From Oligoflexales bacterium (GTDB lineage Bacteria; Bdellovibrionota_B; Oligoflexia; Oligoflexales; RGVZ01), in contig JBIIGV010000080.1 of NCBI GenBank assembly GCA_044236265.1, forward strand, positions 1-12,647: a stretch of 12,647 bases of DNA, in the 5' to 3' direction. This document shows positions 7,719-12,647 of the stretch, piece by piece; positions within the stretch are counted from its first letter, which is position 1; every line of letters starts with the position of its first letter. The position numbers and the translations under genes were made by a program. The notes under the pieces were generated by a model that saw only the letters and a list, made by a program, of their open reading frames with translations, was not told where the DNA came from and did not search any database.

Positions 7719-8560
7719 AACACCGCTTTTGTGGGATGCTTCGTCTCATTCAGTCGATAGTCATTGCGGGAACCCTTAGTTCTCAATCCATGGCAGAAGA
7801 GGCTAGCAAGCCAGCCGTTATCGAATTCGATTCGTTTGCAAATACAAGGTCTGAGTTACTATCTCGCATTAGCGGGGCATCCAAGCGGGTCTGGCTATCA
7901 ACAAACTTTCTAACTGATGCAGAAGTTGTTTCCTCGCTTTATATTGCCCAGTATCGGAAAGTTAACGTTAGCGTTTTGATTGGCAAAGACAAGGCGACAC
8001 ACATCTTGTCCAGATTAGGCTACCTGAAGCAGGTCAATATACCGGTAGCCATCAAACCAAAAGCTTTTTACAGTGAATCTCCGACTATGGTTCTTATTGA
8101 TGACCGCCTATATGGCATCAACTCTGACATAGACTACCTCTCAAAAGCCAGAAAATTTACCTTGAGGGAGTGGGAGTCCGGGGACGTGAGTTCATTTGAA
8201 ACGTCCTTCCAGGAAGCCGCCCAGAATCAGGAGACTCCTGAGGTCAAACCGTTACCACTTGTCGGTGGCCAGAGAACCCGCAAATCGCGCATTCACTCCC
8301 CCACCACCGAAGAGCAAGGTCAGCCTTCCTCGTCACCGTCTCTAGAGTCGACAAGCAAGTCCCCATCGCCAAAATCTGCGGAGACAGCTTCAACCGGCGA
8401 GACTGGAAGCGACGGCGTCTACCGCTATCGGAGGGTAAAAGAGCGTCCGGCGTCAGGTGTCCCAACGAAATTACCCAAAATGACTCTAGGTCAGGAACTT
8501 GAACGGCAAAGATCCGCTTCAGGCACCAAGCCGACCCCCACAGCTGCAGGAACGCCCTAG
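7715..8560 (+). CDS. Secreted protein with a PLD/Nuc-like domain lacking the HKD motif, plus an S/T/P/E-rich C-terminal tail
   Basis: The ATG overlaps the rsmB stop (ATGA, 7715-7718), with AAAGGGA RBS upstream. Signal peptide ends SQSMA. LLSRISGASKRVWLSTNFLTDAEVVSSL..A..RKVNVSVLI resembles single-domain PLD/Nuc proteins. The HxKxxxxD position reads SPTMVLID. Confidence 0.7.
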   Translation: MKHRFCGMLRLIQSIVIAGTLSSQSMAEEASKPAVIEFDSFANTRSELLSRISGASKRVWLSTNFLTDAEVVSSLYIAQYRKVNVSVLIGKDKATHILSRLGYLKQVNIPVAIKPKAFYSESPTMVLIDDRLYGINSDIDYLSKARKFTLREWESGDVSSFETSFQEAAQNQETPEVKPLPLVGGQRTRKSRIHSPTTEEQGQPSSSPSLESTSKSPSPKSAETASTGETGSDGVYRYRRVKERPASGVPTKLPKMTLGQELERQRSASGTKPTPTAAGTP

Positions 8561-8627
8561 ATGTGGTAGTATTAATTGCAGAAATTGACGATTGTTTGCT
8601 TTGGAATGTGTTAAAAGGAGTTCGTCG

Positions 8628-9197
8628 ATGCTGAGAACAACCCTCACCCATCTTCTTACGATAGCGCTTGTCATAACTGGCTGCACCAAAAGCTGTGGCA
8701 GCGAACGCCAAACAATGGCGCCTGAGAAAGTCGTTGAGTCGTACTTGAACACAGCACTAAACATGAAGCGCGTATCCGAGCGAGAAAACTTGGCTCAGTA
8801 CACGACAGGTAGACTCAAGGATGCCATCAACGCAGCCTCAGAAGACACCATCATGAATGCCTATATCCGTCGCCACTACGAAATTGAATCTTACGCTGTC
8901 ATCGAACGTCGGGATCGAACTCCTCGCGAAACAGAGATCACCTTCAGACTTAAATACAAGGACCTAGGCGTCGCTGACCAACGCCCCGCAGACTCCAGCG
9001 CTGCACCCATGGTTCAGACAGAAAACACTGTGGCCTTGATAAAAGAAAAAGGGGCATGGTTTATTCGCGACGTCGTCGGAGCCAAAACTTCGATTGATTT
9101 CCCGGTATCTCAGGACTCCGAAATCAAAGCAAAGCCTGGAGTGATTAGCGAACCTGAGCTCAATCAGACCCAGCCCGCAGAGGGCGGAGCCCAATAA
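8628..9197 (+). CDS. Lipoprotein, probable NTF2-like (DUF4878-like) domain
   Basis: AAGGAG RBS at 8615-8620 and ATG at 8628. Lipobox LVITG-C. The pattern PEKVVESYLNTA...EITFRLKY...VALIKEKGAWFI is typical of small NTF2-like lipoproteins (fold is inferred). Confidence 0.75.
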   Translation: MLRTTLTHLLTIALVITGCTKSCGSERQTMAPEKVVESYLNTALNMKRVSERENLAQYTTGRLKDAINAASEDTIMNAYIRRHYEIESYAVIERRDRTPRETEITFRLKYKDLGVADQRPADSSAAPMVQTENTVALIKEKGAWFIRDVVGAKTSIDFPVSQDSEIKAKPGVISEPELNQTQPAEGGAQ

Positions 9198-9206
9198 TAC
9201 TGCAAT

Positions 9207-10415
9207 CTAGGCAGAGTAGCGAACTTCGTAGTCACCCAGAGTCGTCACTTGTTCAAGGAACCCAAAGTCCCCTTTCGACAAGCTCGGCTTACGCCCGCGT
9301 TTGGACATTCGGAACTGACTAACCACTTTGCCTGACTTACCTGTTTCCACAATTTTGACCCGGTAATCAGTCGCAAGCTCGCGGAACGTTCTGCGAATTT
9401 CTGCCGATGATTCTAGAGATCGAATCCAGTGACGAACATCGCCAAAAGGTCCAAATTTGTGGAGCTCCTGTAAGACCTCGCGAGCTAACTCTTTGTGACC
9501 CAAGTCACTTGTCACTTTAAATAGTGCAATCAAATGCCGTGCAAAAGACTGTGCCGCGGGACACAATTCCGACTCACTGCCTAGAGACATGAGATGGCTG
9601 CCAAGTTCGTGCATGAACAAGCAGAAGCGCTCAGACTCTTTGAACATGTGCTGCTTAAATGTCTCGTGGATGATTTTTTGGGTATCACTACCCGCCTCCA
9701 AAGCGCAGGGCAAATTTTCCAATAAGAATTGAACTGCCACGCGCTCGCTCTTTTTGACAAACAATTGCTGGAAGAGGGACTCCATAATAGAGTGCCCAAA
9801 TCTCACCATTAATCGCGTGTAATTCGTTTTGCCAGAGATACCGTACTCCGTCTGACTGAAATATCTCAGGAGACTCAACCGCACGGCTTGGACGTTTGTG
9901 TTGCTGACACTCAACAAGTAAGCGGCAATGTGATCACTTAAAGCCTTCGCGCGATCGATCCGCCCTGGGTCTTCGTCTTCGATTCTCTGGATATTCAATC
10001 CAATCTCACAAATCAAAGCCACCGCAGCTGACACAACTGCTTTGGATAAGTCGTCTTCGCCCACCTCGCCACCGAGTGAAATCTCCACCAGATGTCGGGT
10101 CACATTTTCAAATTGATCGCTGTCGAACAGCTCCTCCAAAAATGCAATCATGACCTTCTCATTGCTAGCAGCTGTCAACACTGCGTACAACGATTCCACC
10201 AAAATTTCGGCTGCCAAACGATCTGAATATCGATCTGCAAGTCGAATGGCGATATAGCGCACCAGGTCGCAGGAACCTTCTTCACCTAGCACTTTGACCA
10301 CTGAACGCCCCTCTGACCATGGCAACAAGTAGCCCACATCTACAAGCTTTTTGGCCGACCCAACATCTGTCAGGTTCTTCCATGTCATTGCTTTTTTCGA
10401 TTTAGCGGAAACCAT
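9207..10415 (-). CDS. Hypothetical cytoplasmic protein, predicted largely alpha-helical
   Basis: 402 aa ORF with a GAGGT RBS, amphipathic helical sequence and no signal peptide. No family recognised. Confidence 0.8.
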   Translation of the reverse strand: MVSAKSKKAMTWKNLTDVGSAKKLVDVGYLLPWSEGRSVVKVLGEEGSCDLVRYIAIRLADRYSDRLAAEILVESLYAVLTAASNEKVMIAFLEELFDSDQFENVTRHLVEISLGGEVGEDDLSKAVVSAAVALICEIGLNIQRIEDEDPGRIDRAKALSDHIAAYLLSVSNTNVQAVRLSLLRYFSQTEYGISGKTNYTRLMVRFGHSIMESLFQQLFVKKSERVAVQFLLENLPCALEAGSDTQKIIHETFKQHMFKESERFCLFMHELGSHLMSLGSESELCPAAQSFARHLIALFKVTSDLGHKELAREVLQELHKFGPFGDVRHWIRSLESSAEIRRTFRELATDYRVKIVETGKSGKVVSQFRMSKRGRKPSLSKGDFGFLEQVTTLGDYEVRYSA

Positions 10416-10479
10416 AGTCTGACCTCATAGAGCACAACGGCTCAGAAATACCAGGGCACGAAGGCACCCTAATGGAAAC

Positions 10480-11031
10480 TCAAGATACCTTGATTGCTGA
10501 TGAGCTCCGTTTGGAGGCCACCATCTTGTCAATTTCATCTGTTATGCCGCGATCCAGGCTCTCGAAACTCAGCCCGAACCCGACTGGAAAACGAGGGTCA
10601 GAGTTGTACCTGACCACACGCGCCACAACATTGAAGGCTTTCACAAAACCATCAATACGGACGGAAAGTTTCAACTTCTCGCCAACCGTGAACATTTGAT
10701 CTTTCGTCTCCACGAAGATTCCTGTGGATGAAATATTCACACCGCTTCCGATAATCATTTGTCCATTGTTGTGAACAATGACCCGGCCTTGAATCGTCGC
10801 TCGCGGTGCGGCGCTACGGCGCTCAGCACTTGCAGGCTTCGCCGCTGGGGAGCCTTTCAAGCCTAGCTCCTCCATACAATCCTCGTGGGGGCGCCAATCC
10901 TTCCAACCGACCTTGAAAAGGTACGCATCTTGAGCGATCATCTTACTATCAATCATTTGGACGACCTGACCTGTTGAAAAGGGGCCCAATTGTTGATTGC
11001 CTTGATACACAAACCAGTTTTGTTCGCTCAT
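10480..11031 (-). CDS. GYF_2 (DUF4339) plus PilZ domain protein
   Basis: N-terminal WFVYQGNQQLGPFS....QMI....I..DAYLFKVGWKDWRP (GYF_2). C-terminal ERRSAAPR...NISSTGIFV...GEKLKL...ARVVR...GFGLSF (PilZ). GGAGG RBS. Confidence 0.9.
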   Translation of the reverse strand: MSEQNWFVYQGNQQLGPFSTGQVVQMIDSKMIAQDAYLFKVGWKDWRPHEDCMEELGLKGSPAAKPASAERRSAAPRATIQGRVIVHNNGQMIIGSGVNISSTGIFVETKDQMFTVGEKLKLSVRIDGFVKAFNVVARVVRYNSDPRFPVGFGLSFESLDRGITDEIDKMVASKRSSSAIKVS

Positions 11032-11105
11032 AACGCGCCTCCTCGAAGCCTTTTACGACGGGGTCTTCTGGCCAAGACGGCCAAAAAACCTTCCACGCAC
11101 ACGAG

Positions 11106-11132
11106 GGATCGGAACTTTGATAAAGCTCTTTA
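11106..11132 (-). promoter_or_regulatory. Candidate sigma28 (FliA)-type promoter for the GYF-PilZ gene
   Basis: Minus strand reads TAAA-GAGCTTTATCAAAGT(15 nt)-TCCGATCC, versus the consensus TAAA-N15-GCCGATAA. Confidence 0.55.
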
Positions 11133-11184
11133 GGAAAAACTAAAATTATTTTAATTAGTTCATTTATTTTAGGGGGTTGTAAAA

Positions 11185-11802
11185 GTGAAAACAAAGAAAG
11201 CCCAATCCTGTCTCATCACCCTCGCGGTCATCATTTTCGGACACGCCTCAGCTCTTCGAGCCAACGAGGACCTTCAAGCCTTTGATCCAAAAGTTCCGCC
11301 GAACAAGGCAGAGTGGCAGCATTTTCACAAGATGACAGATAGTGAAGCCCTGAAGTTCTGGAAATTTCAGAAAGATCGCGGTGCTAAAAGTCTCCGTGAT
11401 TGGTCGTGGCAGTGGCGCATGGGTTGGATCAAGCGCTGCGGAGGCGGGCTCAAGGAAAGTTTCTGCAAAGGAGTGCTACTAGATGCCCTGCTCGATAACG
11501 CCATGGTTATTCGCGCTGAGGCTGCTACGAGTATCGGCAAGCGCTATGCCGGTCGAGCATCAGCCGAGCTATTGGTCGCACTACAAAATGCTTATGTAGA
11601 CCCCCGTAACACCCGCAACGGGAACCCGCTATTTGTCTATGAGAGAATTCTCGAAACTCTTGCTAAGCTGGACGATCCTCGAGCGACTCAGATTGCAAAT
11701 AAACTTGCAGCAAGCCACCAGGAAACCAAAGCATACTGGGGTTCGATCTCAAAGGCTATGCCAGCCAATCAATCGAAAGCTCTGAGAGACCGCGTTTTTT
11801 AA
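11185..11802 (+). CDS. Secreted hypothetical protein with a HEAT-repeat-like region
   Basis: GTG start with AGGGGG RBS. Signal peptide ends ASALRA. LLDALLDNAMVIRAEAATSIG and ILETLAKLDDPRA resemble HEAT/PBS repeats. Confidence 0.75.
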   Translation: MKTKKAQSCLITLAVIIFGHASALRANEDLQAFDPKVPPNKAEWQHFHKMTDSEALKFWKFQKDRGAKSLRDWSWQWRMGWIKRCGGGLKESFCKGVLLDALLDNAMVIRAEAATSIGKRYAGRASAELLVALQNAYVDPRNTRNGNPLFVYERILETLAKLDDPRATQIANKLAASHQETKAYWGSISKAMPANQSKALRDRVF

Positions 11803-11815
11803 GCTCCACTGAGTC

Positions 11816-12214
11816 TTAAATTTTCTTTATGATCGCTGCGATTTCTTTGGCAACGGGTGGCTTTGTTAGCCAGCCCACTGCGCCAAATTTTTCCGACTCA
11901 TCCAACATATCAACTTTCGTCGCCTCTGAAAGGATATATAGGGGAATCATCCCTTGAGAACTCCTGCGTATGCTCTCCACGAGAGCGACCCCATTCATCC
12001 TCAACAAATTAATGTCGCAAATAATCAACTGAACTTGATGCGTCGACAGTAAGTCGGCAGCACGCAAAATATCCTTTGCCTCCAAAAGCTCGAATGCCTG
12101 AGAGGAAAAAGCCTCTTTGAACTGTGCACGGACGAACGGGGACTCCTCGATCAAAAGCCATTTGCTCTTGGGAGATCTTTCGCCCTTTGCCTCAACCTCA
12201 AACCAATCATTCAT
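11816..12214 (-). CDS. Stand-alone response regulator receiver (CheY-like)
   Basis: LLIEES (acidic pocket), LIICDIN (phospho-acceptor Asp), MNGVALV, YILS and GAVGWLTKP (conserved Lys-Pro). No output domain. ATG 12214 is preferred over TTG 12220. Confidence 0.88.
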   Translation of the reverse strand: MNDWFEVEAKGERSPKSKWLLIEESPFVRAQFKEAFSSQAFELLEAKDILRAADLLSTHQVQLIICDINLLRMNGVALVESIRRSSQGMIPLYILSEATKVDMLDESEKFGAVGWLTKPPVAKEIAAIIKKI

Positions 12215-12387
12215 AGTCAACCTGGCAATAAATGTAAAAGTTTCAGTTACCAGTTTAATGCGAGGATCGGCACCCGTTCAAGCAGCGCCGTCCAAATTCC
12301 TCGGATTTTTATATTGCAAAAGGCCAATACCAGACTCCGTCAACCGCCCGGATTTATTGATTTTATCAATCAACGATGTGAAGGAAC

Positions 12388-12415
12388 TCAAATCCTTCGA
12401 ACGGATGACCGATAC
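12388..12415 (+). promoter_or_regulatory. Possible sigma28-type promoter for the downstream lipoprotein
   Basis: TCAAA-N15-ACCGATAC, ending about 21 nt before ATG 12437. Confidence 0.35.
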
Positions 12416-12436
12416 GAGCTCTAAAGGGGCACCCAA

Positions 12437-12647
12437 ATGAAATCTCAAAATACATTCAGCATGGTTTCTCTAATCCTTTTTGCTGCAGCACTTCACTTCA
12501 GCTGCTCGGCTCCACAATCTCAGGACGCGGGATCAGGTTCAAAAACTGATACAAAGAGACCAACGATTGTAACTGACACGAACTCCGGCTGCGTACCAAC
12601 AGCAGCCAACAACTTCTGCAAACCTGCTACCGAACAGACTGGCACTG
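12437..12647 (+). CDS. Probable lipoprotein, N-terminal fragment (runs off the window)
   Basis: AAAGGGG RBS, then MKSQNTFSMVSLILFAAALHFS-C-SAPQSQDAGSGSKTDTKRPTIVTDTNSGCVPTAANNFCKPATEQTGT, open to the window end. Lipobox-like Cys followed by a flexible linker. Not in the ORF track. Confidence 0.75.
   Translation, partial: MKSQNTFSMVSLILFAAALHFSCSAPQSQDAGSGSKTDTKRPTIVTDTNSGCVPTAANNFCKPATEQTGT

Noticed and set aside
8244..8764. Minus-strand ORFs 8244-8711 and 8519-8764
   Set aside because: They overlap two better-supported plus-strand genes that have RBSs and signal peptides, and they have no recognisable features.
10445..10475. Weak hairpin AGGGTGC-cttc-GTGCCCT (minus strand) after the GYF-PilZ gene
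   Set aside because: It has only 7 bp including two G.U pairs and a poor U-tract, too weak to call a terminator.
12117..12440. 107-aa plus-strand ORF
   Set aside because: It overlaps the receiver gene in antisense and spans a divergent promoter region, with no RBS or protein-like character.

Overview
Gene-dense bacterial chromosomal window in the standard genetic code, with no recognisable mobile element, CRISPR array, tRNA or rRNA. A GYF_2-PilZ fusion, DUF3108 and many secreted or lipoprotein hypotheticals suggest Bdellovibrionota/Oligoflexia or a related deltaproteobacterial-type lineage (inference only). Left to right: (1) a minus-strand secreted alkaline-phosphatase-superfamily gene (<1..1677) that the ORF track missed because it runs off the window edge; (2) a DUF3108 protein immediately upstream of it; (3) rpsA with a strong terminator; (4) a GT4 glycosyltransferase; (5) a small Cys-rich secreted protein; (6) rsmB, coupled to a secreted PLD-fold protein lacking the HKD motif, then a lipoprotein; (7) a helical hypothetical, a GYF_2-PilZ protein, a secreted HEAT-like protein, a stand-alone CheY-like receiver and a partial lipoprotein. 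The main finding is that the PafA/PhoK-like enzyme appears circularly permuted. Its normally C-terminal segment, carrying the last Zn-ligand His, sits at the N-terminus, and the Lys linked to monoester specificity in PafA is replaced by Ala.
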